Made by a program: the position numbers and the translations under genes. A stretch of DNA of 63,237 nucleotides, the filler included, from Dugesia japonica (taxonomy: Eukaryota), in NCBI GenBank assembly GCA_001938525.1. It is 6 parts of 6 records of this genome, joined end to end, with 100 filler letters (N's around TTAATTAATTAA, not from the genome) between each part and the next. Parts side by side here need not be neighbours in the genome. Positions count along the whole stretch, not along the records: positions 34,894 to 43,599 come from MQRL01539412.1; positions 43,700 to 52,765 come from MQRL01630070.1; 4 more parts are not named here. One strand, given 5' to 3'. The notes under the pieces are model-generated. The model did no database searches. It was not told where the DNA came from and saw only the letters and a program-made list of their open reading frames with translations. Below, piece by piece: positions 37,371 through 49,545 of this stretch (positions within the stretch are counted from its first letter, which is position 1; every line of letters begins with the position of its first letter).

Positions 37371-40300
37371 AATGTTCCATAGTAATATGGTCCATGATAT
37401 TTAAAGGTTCCATAGTAATATAGTATATGATGTTTAAAGGTTTCATTAATATGGTCGAAAATGTGTCAAAGATGACTAATATTTGCTAAATAATATTAAA
37501 AAAATGTCATGTATTGAATAAGTAACAGTTCCTTGGAATTCCTTACTATTTTGCGGATCTAAGTCTAGTCAATTATTGGCGATGGTGACTGATTGTTTTT
37601 TAAAACATTTGTAGTGGTGTTTAAATATGACCGGATGTGAACGGTAGGAAGCATTGCTACCAGAGATGCACATATTGTAAATGGAGCTTAGCCTAGTTAA
37701 AACTACGCAAACTGATTGATAAGTTCAATTATGAACGGACTTTATCGTGTGCTTTCTGACCTTAATGGATTCATTCTGTTTGACAGTTGTATGGCGGAGG
37801 ATGTAATGTAATGGCAAGGAAGGAAAACAAGATTGTTACTGAAACAATGCATGAAAATAATTAATAATTACTAATAATTTATTAAAACNTATTAACTNAT
37901 AAAAATTAATNANTGTCTTATTCTTTAAATACTTTTAATTAAATACCTTTGAGCAAATATATTTAAACTGCCACATTCCATGCAAAATATCAAGATTGCC
38001 CTAAGCTTATATATTTAGACTTCAAAACCTCACAACACCCTTTTATAAAATAAAATTTAAATCCTACCGAAAAAAATATTAAAATTTGAAATACTCACAA
38101 AATTCAACTATTAACTAAAATAAAAAATTAAATATAGTTTTTATTAAATATAGTTTCATTAAAAAATTTACAAAAAGTTATAAAAAATGTAATAAAAAGA
38201 AATTATAAAAAAACTAATAAATTTATAATAAATGTTGCTATTATAAAAATTTAATACATGCATGATTCAAATGCAATACACAGACCATGTAAATGCAATA
38301 CATATATAATAAATAATTTTACCAGTACATTGCTGTTGAGGATGAAAGAAAACCAGTTAAATATGCAATGGAGGAACTGTAAACATATACTCAAGGTGGA
38401 AGAAAACTCGAATACATACTAGGCCTAGACGATTAAAATTTATGCTTGACTTTTCTAGTCAATTTGATGAACAAGGTCGAATGATGCAAAATTCAAGAAA
38501 ATTAAACTTATATTATATTTGGTGAGAAATTACAAAACAATGAAGACATATTTGGTGAGAAAATTCGAAATAATGAAGGTTTTCTTTTGGTATCGTATTA
38601 CTACTTTATTAATTTTATTTACTTTAAGGAAATTTCAATCATATAGTTACATACCGCGATTATGAAATGGCATTTCTCAAAGAATATAAATCATTTCTTC
38701 TACCAGATGCAGTCAAATAGCAAAAAGTTAAATTTAGCTACCTCATATCGCAATTGACAGATAAAAATTAACAATTCTTAAAAAATAAATTGAGTCAATT
38801 TAATATGGAAATATAAACAGACATTCCAATTAAAAAACCATTTTACAGGAGAGCAACAAGTTTTAATTAGTATGATACAACTGGAAAAATACGTATTCCT
38901 ACACAAGTTGGTACTGTTAAAATAAAGCTTTTACTCCAAGGATATAAAATAAAAAATGGGAAAAAAATCCCCGTATGAAGATTGTTAGACGTGTTTGATT
39001 GTTAATTATTTTTAGAAAATGTTGTTAATGTTGTTGTTGATGTTTTACAAATAAAGTATTTTTTAAATAATTGTTTTTATTTAACATGTTTTTATAGTAA
39101 AGAAAAACTAATCGAAAATATTTATTAAACAATTAATTAAACAATCATTTGAACAATAATCGTTTCCATCATCACCATCAGCATCAGCATCATCAGTAAC
39201 GTTTTTCGTTTCGTCATCATCATCTGAAAAGTTTTTATCGTTCACAATGTTTTCTTCAAAAATTCATATCATTTTCCTCTTCTTTAGCTGGTGCAAGTTT
39301 CAGTTTTAAGTAATAATATTAATAAAAATAAACAACTTTAATAATTTAACTTTAACCTTAACATATGCAAGACATAAGCAATGTAGATGCAATTTAAACA
39401 TCAATATTATTGATTATGTAGACTTATAAAGAAAAGTAATAATTCATGTTTTAATAATTTTAAAACAATGATGAAAATTGATGATTTTGAAAATAAAATG
39501 GTGGAGGAGGAAAGAGAAAATATCTTAAAATTATTCAACCAACAACAACATCAATGAGGAACACAAACGACCAGAAAGTATCCATTCCAACTTAACTCAA
39601 TTATCGCCCACAATATGGATAAATATCTACGTGATTGTAGATATTTAATTTCTGAAAAAATTATAAAAGTGATTCCAGAACATAAATACCATCGAAAGAA
39701 ATTCGAAAGATTAAGTGACTGGGAAATATTAAAATATAGATATTTATTAGAAAAGGATATTGAAATAGGAATTCACTCTTTGAATCAAGTAAGATACAAT
39801 AATGATAATAAATTTAAATATAATTTTTACAGCTTCAATTGTTACAAGAAAGAAAAAAACGAAGAGAACCTCAATTTTCATATAGGATGGGTACCACATC
39901 AAATGTATAAAAAATAGTCGAAGGGTTGGCCTTTGCGCTAAAACTTAGAATTTCGACCCCACTAGTTTGTATAATAGAAAATATGCTGAAGAAATGTAAT
40001 GCAGAAAAACAGTACGATCCGCGGGACACAGTTCAACAGCAAAAAATATTTAATCTTGAAATAGTATCGGATGCATTACAGTCACTAAAAGGATGCGATT
40101 TACATCGAGATGGAGAAATTGGAGATTTAAGTAATACTATTAATAAAAATAAACAACTTTAATATTATTGTTATTTTAGTTTGGCGTTTCATTCATTTAT
40201 TAATTGAAGACGACGATAGTTAAAATAGGCCATAATGTTTTTAAAATAAATAAATATTTAAAATTGTTTTATTATTATTTTTTAAAAATTAAAATAATAA

Positions 40301-40973
40301 AATAAGTTTTTTTTGAAAATAATAAAACATTAAATGAGTTATAACACACCATGTTAAAATAATATTCAAAGAAATTTAAAAGGTTTTTTTAAAAAAAATA
40401 AAACATTTCACAAATTTTTATTTACATTTCTACTAAGAAAAAAAATCTATATCCCATTACAAAAATAATTTTTCAAAAATGTATACGATGAGTTGTCTAA
40501 AAATATGGGAGGAATCTAGGATAAGAAGTTTGAAACGTTATACCATAACTATTATTCAAAATAAAATTTTAAAAATTATCATTAAAATCTATATATTTTT
40601 CTAAATTTTTTCAGAATTCAGAAAAAATTATCAAAAAAATTTTACATTTAACAATTTTTTTTATATTTATACTAAAAAAATCTATATCTTATTACAAAAA
40701 TAAGTTAAAATTAATTTATTATAAAAATAATAGTATATAATAAACTATACATTTTTTCAAAAATTCAAAAAAAATATTTAAGAAATTTGGTTGCCATAAA
40801 TACGGAAACCATAGTTACATGTCACCGAGAAAAAATCACTCCCATATCTCCCTTAGTTACTGTATTAAATCTATAAAACCATTTTCATGCCCGATGCCAT
40901 GACAACGGTCGACATTTCCATTCTTCAGTAATCGCGAACCCTCCTTGACCTCGACTCCTCCCTTCCTACTACT
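37370..40973. mobile_element. Polinton-like terminal segment with decayed intronless orphan ORFs
   Basis: Ends cttcctactact (AGTAGTAGG on minus); decayed ORFs at about 38330-39003 and 39468-40162; shares a block with 31380-31990. Confidence 0.5.
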
Positions 40974-41179
40974 AATAGGCATTGCTATATTGAGGAAATG
41001 AATCTGCAGAAAATGCAAATTACAACACATAAAAATTAGTTTCCTTTATTATTAGCGAATTTAATATTCTATTTCAATACAAAATTAAAAAATTTCGATA
41101 CGCAAACAAATTACTAATTAAATTGTTAAATTAAATTTACATAAATTACAAAATGAAATTTATTTAAAAATATAAAACA

Positions 41180-42136
41180 TCAATTCAAATAGACTCGCTT
41201 TCGAGTTTTAATTTCTTGATCACAAAATGGACATTTAAATAATTGTTCAATACATTTAGCACATGATAAATGACCACAATCAAATACCATTGAAACATCA
41301 TTGTCGAAACAAATTGAACATTCCTACAAACAATATTGAATTATATCAATACACACAAGAATACCATTGAATTATTTGTTGGAACATTAGAAAGCAAGCG
41401 TATTATTTTAAAAATGTCCCCCATCGATCGATTCTAAATATTAATTTATAGAAATTTCAAACAAATTTATCATTACCATTTGAGAAAGTTTATTTTCAGC
41501 CTCAGCAATCTTTTTCAAAGCTAAATCTTTGTGAAATGTGTACAAAGGTTTATTGTTAACAATTTTCTCAATAGTAGAAACCATCACTCGTTCACAAGCT
41601 AATATCAATGGTAATTCATTATTTTTATTCGTTATATTTGTATCAAATATTTTCTTATCNATAATTTTATTAATTATATTTTCATCACAATTTTTTTTGA
41701 ATAAATTTGTCAGAAATGTTTCTCCATTTTCCAACATTGCATTCTTATTTGTACATTTATCAACAGACAGATCAAATAATTCGTCATCATCATTGGACAG
41801 AGAAATATTAGACAAATTCAAAAATGCATCATTGTAGGAATTATAATTGATACAATTACATAATAATAACTTGACGATTTCAAATTCATTTTCATTTATT
41901 AATATTTCTAACAAGTCTTGATGAATATCAAGATCGATTGGAATTTCTGGACAACTGATTATTGATTTTAGAATGCTGATAATAGCAATGGTAAATAATA
42001 ATTTTCAAATTATTTACATGCTTTTTGTCTTTTAGTTTCATTAAATCTTGCAATGTTTGTCGTTTGATATTTGAATCATTTGGAGAAAAGTAAAATCTTA
42101 AGAAGTTTTGCTTTATTATATCGATATCAGATACAG
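41180..42136 (-). CDS. Ankyrin-repeat protein with C-terminal C3HC4 RING (Mind bomb/IAP-type RING); 5' end unresolved
   Basis: Exons 42136-42022, 41975-41477, 41433-41365 and 41323-41180 with 41-46-nt introns. Ankyrin-like NAMLENGETFL and NITNKNNELPLILAC; RING CSICFDNDVSMVFDCGHLSCAKCIEQLFKCPFCDQEIKTRKRVY. Confidence 0.75.
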
Positions 42137-42984
42137 CTAGAAAAATAAAACATCTAAATTTTCAGAAATCTATACATGAATTTAAAAATATAATTCGTAA
42201 AGATATTTCAAAATATTTTAAACAAATTTGATATTAAGAACCCGGCAAACATATTAGGTCTGTGTATAAGTTCTCGCGTTTTTTCCAAAATTAAAGTATA
42301 ACTTTATTTTAAATAAATTACATTTCATCAATACAATATTGGGAACTACACGTATTTAATACGCCACGATAAACAAAGCCATTTTCAGACCGAAGACACC
42401 TTTGCTGAGTACCGTAGATCGGATATCGCCAGGATATCAACCAGCGGGAATGCAGAATCTGCTGACTGATTTTGAGTATCTCTTTGACGATCTAATGATG
42501 AAAACTCTTCTAAGACAGATAATAATTTTAAGAGAATTTGAAAGGACCAAAAACACCGGAACACGCAGACAATAAAACACCAGCCATGCTCAGTCGACAC
42601 TGCTCATGTTATAATTACTAACGAGACCTAATATCATCTGTATGGTAGCTGCTGAATAGAATTTATTCACTTAAAAAATGGATCGATTTTGCTACGCTCT
42701 AACAAAGAATCGCGAGCAGAATTTATATATTATAAACTTCTCTTCATTTTATTGTAGTCATCTAAGTTGATGAAGAAGTATGACCACTGTTGAATGGTTA
42801 ATACCAAGTGTAAGTATGGTTTGAGACAGTTAAATTTGTTATAGTTCTACCGAAGTTCTTATCGAAAATATTTTAATGAATAATTTACTTCATAAAAGAA
42901 TAAAAGGTACGGTCAAAAAAANNNNNNNNNNNNNNNNNNNNNNNNNNNNNNNNNNNNNNNNNNNNNNNNNNNNNNNNNNNNNNA

Positions 42985-43092
42985 AATTTGAATTATTATA
43001 AAAAAGTTTTGATCGACTTTTTTTAATGAATTCTGAAAACAATCAATGGTTACGTCCAACAATTATTCTCGCAATAATTGCAATTGTAAAAT
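42985..43092 (+). repeat. 3' part of the Penelope-like palindromic repeat
   Basis: ttttgatcga..atgaattctgaaaacaatcaatggttacgtccaacaattattctcgcaataattgcaattgtaaaa, shared with the other copies. Confidence 0.75.
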
Positions 43093-43599
43093 TTCATAAA
43101 AAAGTTAGACATTTTAAAATTTCCATATTTGAAAATTAAGTATTAATATTTAATTTTAAATAAATAATTTTTCAATTAAACGTTTAAATAATTTTATTGG
43201 TATTAAAATATTTTTAATGAAATTTTTCGAAAATTTCATTAAAAAAATTTTTGATTAATTATTAAATTTTTAATTTATGAAAATTTTAAATTTTGATATG
43301 TAATTCTCTGGAAATTGACTTCTTTAATTAAGCCTCTGATTAACTGGAAAGATTTTAATTAAATCGGCAAATTTTGAGTTTAAAAATTATCTAAATTTTT
43401 CTCAATTATATTGCGTTTTCAGGCAATTTTTAAAGTCGATTATTGTTTCAATTCCATCTTCATTGGTTATTCGTTATGAATTACTCGACTGATTTATTCC
43501 AAAAAATACTCAATTTTCACGAAAATACGATAATTTTCTGGTAATTTAATTTTATTTAACTTATTAATTTTATCATTTCTCCCAGATTTATTTGCTATT

Positions 43600-43699
43600 N
43601 NNNNNNNNNNNNNNNNNNNNNNNNNNNNNNNNNNNNNNNNNNNTTAATTAATTAANNNNNNNNNNNNNNNNNNNNNNNNNNNNNNNNNNNNNNNNNNNN
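43600..43699. other. Artificial contig linker
   Basis: N-TTAATTAATTAA-N spacer. Confidence 0.97.
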
Positions 43700-44054
43700 T
43701 ATTTAGTATTTTGTATTACTTTGTCAATATTATTTTTTTATTTGTATTTTAGCTACTTTTTTAATTTTAATAGTTTTAAATGTTGCTCAATCACTGATAT
43801 TTTATCAGTTTAAGAAACAGAAATAGAAATAGTTGGTGCATTATTATGGAATGAAACTTATACTTTGAAGCGGATTTAACTACAGATGTTCNNNNNNNNN
43901 NNNNNNNNNNNNNNNNNNNNNNNNNNNNNNNNNNNNNNNNNNNNNNNNNNNNNNNNNNNNNNNNNNNNNNNNNNNNNNNNNNNNNNNNNNNNNNNNNNNN
44001 NNNNNNNNNNNNNNNNNNNNNNNNNNNNNNNNNNNNNNNNNNNNNNNNNNNNNN

Positions 44055-44615
44055 GATGAGCATATGTGAAATTCAGATATGATATCGTCATTTATGAACA
44101 CGGTGTGCATTTTCATGCACCGCTTCATGATAAAGTTGCCTTAGCCAAATTCTAGAGTGAAATAATGATGAAAAAACAATGCAAATGATTCCATATGCAT
44201 TGAAACAAATTTTACTTTTAACGTGATTATCTTCTTTTTATAGATAAATATTTTGAGTAGAGAAGTGTGTCATCATCACCAGAATAATGAGATGAATAAT
44301 CAACAAATGTAGTACAACACTGTCTTTGGTAGTATATTTTAAATTAACCTTTGCAACCAATATGAATCTGCAATCAACGACCTGCCGAGAACCTGTAATG
44401 TAGCAGAAAAATGGCTTTAATACATCCACTTGTAAGGAGATTGACTCGAAAATTACAACACACCTCAGCTATCCAGAGAAATCAAATTGCAAATGGTTAT
44501 CTACCTGCTAAGAAACGGAACATATCAACAAATTAATAACGTCATCGAAACCATGGTTTTTAGTTACAGTTCAGAGTATCTACTGGCATATTTGAATAAT
44601 ATTGTGACATAGTTA
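44055..44615 (+). mobile_element. MULE transposase remnants
   Basis: HFHAP (FLYWCH-like end), NDLPRTCNVAEKW (RTNN..EGW motif) and terminal LLAYLNNI. Confidence 0.55.
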
Positions 44616-44744
44616 AGTTTTTATAAATATATCTTTAATCATATTAAATTTTGTACCTGAGTTTTGAAAACAAAAACATTAAAATATTCTTTACAAATAT
44701 ATTTTTTTAATTTTAAATTATTTTATCGCAATATATTTTTTATA

Positions 44745-45336
44745 TAAGCTATACCAGTATAAACGGCGTTTTTAAATTTCAGATATCGTTCTATATATAC
44801 AAGCACTAAAACATTATTTATCTTGTTTTAATCTGTAATTTTTCAACTTTTAATTTGAATAACGACTTTCAATTTCTCAATAACACGCAATCACATTTTC
44901 AAAACTTACCGCAATCAATTTTGTTCGAAAATATGCTTCTTATTCAAGATAACCCTCGTCTTCACACATTAAAGCAGCCCTTGACGTATTTGGAGCGTAA
45001 AAATGTTCGGTTGTGGAAACAGCTACATTATTCTCGTATTGTAATCTGTGTGATAGATACATTTTCCTTCTGTAAGACGCAATACGAATGAAAGACTATA
45101 AGAACAAAACAGAAACTGAAACATTTTGGATAATCAGTTCCTTCAGTTTACCGCAAAGGGATCAAGAGTGGCTTTGAACATAATGAAAGTTGATATATCT
45201 CATATTGTTAAAATTGGCGGAAATTATTTGTAGTATTATTATTTCCATTGACATTATTCACATTCAATTTGTCATTTTTCTTCCTAATAATATGTAGTTT
45301 GAAATTAAAAAACGCCATATTTTCTGGTATAGCTTA
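44745..45336 (+). mobile_element. Internally deleted Tc1/mariner element with TIRs, TA-flanked
   Basis: TIRs taagctataccagtataaacggcgttttt / aaaaaacgccatattttctggtatagctta; internal LIQDNPRLHT...VRLWKQLHYS..CNLCDRYIF. Confidence 0.8.
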
Positions 45337-45964
45337 TATATTATATATTTTTCCTAATATATTTTGTCTAATTTAGTATAGTAGAAATAATAACACTATC
45401 CTTGCGTTATTCATTCTTATTAATTCTCTTTACAATGCCTGTTGAAACAGTGTTTTCTTTGTTATTTGTTGGTATAGAGGTCAGCACTGCTCAAATCCCT
45501 GTGTGCTTACATGTTTCCTTGATTTGGTTAGTCGAAAACCAGTTGTGTGGTTACGTAATTGGAGTAGAATTCTTGCGGTTTGATTGGTTGAAATTTTATT
45601 CATATGTTGGTGACATAATCATTGCATAATCGATACGTAATCACCTCATAATTATTAATTAATCGTTACGTGATGTACGTTACAATTACACAATAATTAC
45701 GCACTCACTGGAAATTAAATTTTTTAAAATGAAATAAAACTAATGATGTTTGTTTAAATTAAGTGAAATTTTCGATTTTGGTTTAATTCGATGAAAATTA
45801 AATTTTTTCAATTAAAATAAATGAGTTTTAGTTTAAATTAACCACAGTATATCATGCTGCCTGTCATTCAACACATAATTTTACATTGAACATGAATATT
45901 GTGATTAAAAATCAAACAATTTTATTCACAACAAATAAAATGGAAAACATTAAAAGAAACAATT

Positions 45965-46195
45965 TCTCCTTTTTTTTAAGATTGATTCGATATTTCGACC
46001 TTGTCTTCGTCATGAATTGACTTTTTTGAATTGAAAAAAGTCAATTCCTGTCGAAGACAAGGTCGAAATATCGAATCAATCTCAAAAAACAAAAAGAATT
46101 TTTGATCGAAGCTTTTATTTTAAATGAATTCTAAAAAACGATCAATGTTTATGCCCAAAAATTATTCTCACAATAATTGCAATTGTAAAACAATT
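45965..46195. repeat. Palindromic Penelope-like repeat with two inverted minimal hammerhead motifs (45985-46017 minus, 46044-46076 plus)
   Basis: About 50-bp arms gattgattcgatatttcgaccttgtcttcgtcatgaattgactttttt / aaaaaagtcaattcctgtcgaagacaaggtcgaaatatcgaatcaatc; each arm has one core substitution. Confidence 0.75.
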
Positions 46196-46199
46196 AAAC

Positions 46200-47670
46200 C
46201 TTTGTACAGCATTAGTTTAAAAATCAAATTCATTAAACTCTAATAAGTTGCCGGTGCTGTACATAAACCGAAGGAAAACCGATTAAAACAGAATTGTCGA
46301 ATTTTCGTACTGAAGGCTATTTTCATTTGTGAATCTTCGTCTAACACAACTTGATAATAAGCTTGTCCTAAATCTATAGATGAAAAAATAGTTGATCCGT
46401 TTAATGTATCCAATAGTGTGTTTATTTCAGTTACCGGAAAAGATAATATTTCAGTTACTTCATTCAAGTATCGAAAATCCAAACACATTCGGATAGTATC
46501 ATCTTTATTGGGTACTATCACTAAAGGATAATTCCATGGGCTTTTGCATGTGTTTATAATTTTTGATTCTAACAAATTTTCAATTAATTTATCAACTTTA
46601 TCTTCTAGATACATTGGTTGTCTTCTTGGATTTTAAGAAATTTGGGGTTTTTTAGTTTTAATATGATGCTTAATCATTGAAACAATGACTATTTTTTACC
46701 GCAAATAAAGCCTTTGTTCTTAAGCGGACATTCATTTCGTCTATGACTCATATTTTCACAACAAAGGCATGCACCTTGTTGTAAATTTTCATCATGTGGA
46801 GGTGCTTTAACTCCGCAGTAATTGTAGAATTTCATTGCAATCATATTCATTGATCTTTGCGGTCTAATAGCTCGATGCGAAAAATTCCCATTATTACTCG
46901 ATTCTTAAAAGTTTTTATCTCGATCCTTATATGCAGTTGATTTTTCATATTGATTCTATTTCCTGAAGATTTAAAATTTATTGAATTACTCTAGTGCTCA
47001 AAATGTGTCTTCCATTCTGAATGTTGATTATAATATCGAGGTTTACTAATCACTTGCAAATATGCTGGTTTCATGACATGCACTTCCCGATGCGGAACCA
47101 ATTTTTCTAAATTCGTTGCAAATTCTCTTTTCCTTTCGTCAACGGCAAATGATTCACGTAGTTTTTCACTCTGTAATCCTTGCAGAATAAATGCTCTTGC
47201 AGTTTCTTCTATTGTTAATTTCTTTTGAAACACGTCTGTAACCATTTTTTAACTCGAATCTCGAAATTTCCTTACTTCTCGCCTGTTCCCTTTTTTTAAA
47301 AAGATAATTCATTTACTTTAGCATAAATCGATTTTGTATTTGTAAAGGTTTCCAGAAAACATTTTTTGACTTCCTCATTAATAACAGAATCATTTGAACA
47401 GCTAAAATCTTCCCACAACCGTTTCCTATCACCTATTAAGAGCATATCTAACGCGAAAGCAAATTCTATTTCATTGAATGTCGTAAAATCTTTCGTTGTG
47501 TGCATCCAATCTTCGGCATCTTGACTGAGACCATCAAAGAAACTCGGTTTTTGAATTAACATTTCTTGTGTTTTTGGAGGCAAATTAGAAAAAATCATTT
47601 GCCTTTCTTCGCGTTTCGCTCTAGTTAACGCATTAATTTTGGAGTGGTTACCAGTAAAAAGACTTGCCAT
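46200..47670 (-). mobile_element. Ty3/Gypsy gag, Zn knuckle and RT N-terminus (protease deleted)
   Basis: Gag QKPSFFDG..AEDW; CX2CX4HX4C knuckle CLCCENMSHRRNEC; RT SPWNYPLVIVPNKDDTIRMCLDFRYLN..SSIDLGQAYYQV..FGLCTAPATY. Confidence 0.9.
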
Positions 47671-47799
47671 TAATATTAAGGATTTATTTAAGAATAATAA
47701 TATTTGTCTTATTTTAACAAAATTGACTGTTTAAATAATCACTTGTTTCTAACTGGAATAAATCTATTTTTTAAATTGTCTAAAAAATCATTGATCTGT

Positions 47800-48315
47800 T
47801 AATAAATAAACTCGTTTTTAACAAGCAAAGACAAAAAGAATTCTACACCTCTTAAGTCAAGAATCTTATTCCACATCTCAAAATAAAACATTATTTTGTA
47901 TTTTCGCAATACAAAGCAGCATATGTTGAAAGATTTAATCCAAAATTGAGAGATGTATTGAAAAAGTACTTTGTGCATACTGATAATAAAACCTGAATAC
48001 ATGTGTAATAATTCATTATTATAATAAAATATAAAGTTGGTGATCATGTTAGATTCTCAGAAATATCTGCTTTCCCATTCATCGAGAATTTTTAGTAATT
48101 TGAATGATGAAGTGTTTCAAATATCGAAAATCAATCCAAACAAAACCCAATCATGTATGCGATTAAAGACTACCAATATAATATCATTCAAGGAAAATTC
48201 TATGAGCAGGAATTAAAAGTGATTCCACCACCAACAGTTTTTAGAATAGATAATATGGTCAGATCGAAGGGAACAGAAAAGGATAAATAATTATATGTAA
48301 AGTTGCATGGATTAG
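47800..48315 (+). mobile_element. Polinton integrase C-terminal/chromo-like fragment
   Basis: KAAYVERFN, KYKVGDHVR, IQGKFYEQELK, FRID..VR..G..LYVKLHG. Confidence 0.85.
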
Positions 48316-48999
48316 CTCAAATAAATGAACTAAGGAAATATTGTTTTCTATTTTATTTGTTATTTATAAAATTGTTTGATTTTTAACAATAACATTCCTG
48401 CTCAATGGAATTATATCTCAATTACTACCAATATAATTTCCATAAACATGTGTGCGCAAAGGTGCTGGGGCAGTTCGAACCTATACATCCTTATTCAAAA
48501 ATTATAATTATGTTGTGCTGGCTGTTTTATTTTAAAATTATAAGAATATTTTTTTACATTTACTTTGTTGAAAACTTTTTCTGAAGTGTAATTTAATATC
48601 TGAAATAGTTAGTCATAAATTAAAGATTACTACAAACCTTCATAACGTCATTGACAATTATCAAAATAGTTTCAAACTATTAGTTTGTGAACATTTTATA
48701 ATTATACCACAATTCTGAAACTAACCATTAGTGTTCATAAACTTATTTTGATTCATAAACTGTGAACAACTTTGCTTTGATTTATCAGCAGTAATCCACA
48801 CATCACAAGGTATTCAGTGTGCTCAAAGAATTTTAATTGCAAATGTAAAATGATATTTCTATTTTTAAGAGACATCTACTAATTGTTAATTCAAAATTTT
48901 TCTTTCAAAATATAAACTTTATTTTATTTGAATTTACTTCAAAAAATTATTTCTGAATAATAATCATGATGGTCAAAACATATTTTGTTACTTTGTGTT

Positions 49000-49545
49000 A
49001 TTGGTTTTTAATATCTGAATGAAATATTCACTCGTTTTCAGTGATCTATGATCAAATGCCATGAAATAGTTGGAGGATTATTTGTTTTCATGTTCGAAAA
49101 ACCAAAATGCGAACGATTAAAGAAAGAATGGAAATTGTATTACTGATGTCTCGACATCAATCGTGTATCCCAAGTTCGTCGAGAATTAAACAATAAAAAA
49201 TTGGAAAGAATTTTTGATTCCTTCACTAAAACGAAAGAAACTGTTAAATACTTGCTTTCAACAAGATGGATTTCCTACCCATTGGTTGTTAGATATTCGA
49301 CAATTTCTTAATGAAAATTTTCCATCACGCTGGATCGGACTGCATGGTCCTTTTACATGGCCTGCATGATCCCTAGACTTTCCTTCACCTGATTTTTTAC
49401 AAGCTACAACCATTGCAATAAAGAGCAACTAATGAAATTTATCTGAAATGAATGTTCTAAAATAACCCTACAATTGCTAAAGTTGATCTTTGAACGACGT
49501 TTGCAACAATGTGTGAAAACTGATGGGAAATCATGTGAACAATAA
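49000..49545 (+). mobile_element. Tc1/mariner-superfamily transposase remnant
   Basis: FQQDGFPTHW..IRQFLNENFPSRWIGLHGPFTWPA*SLDF.SPDF and RRLQQCVKTDGKSCEQ. Confidence 0.85.
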
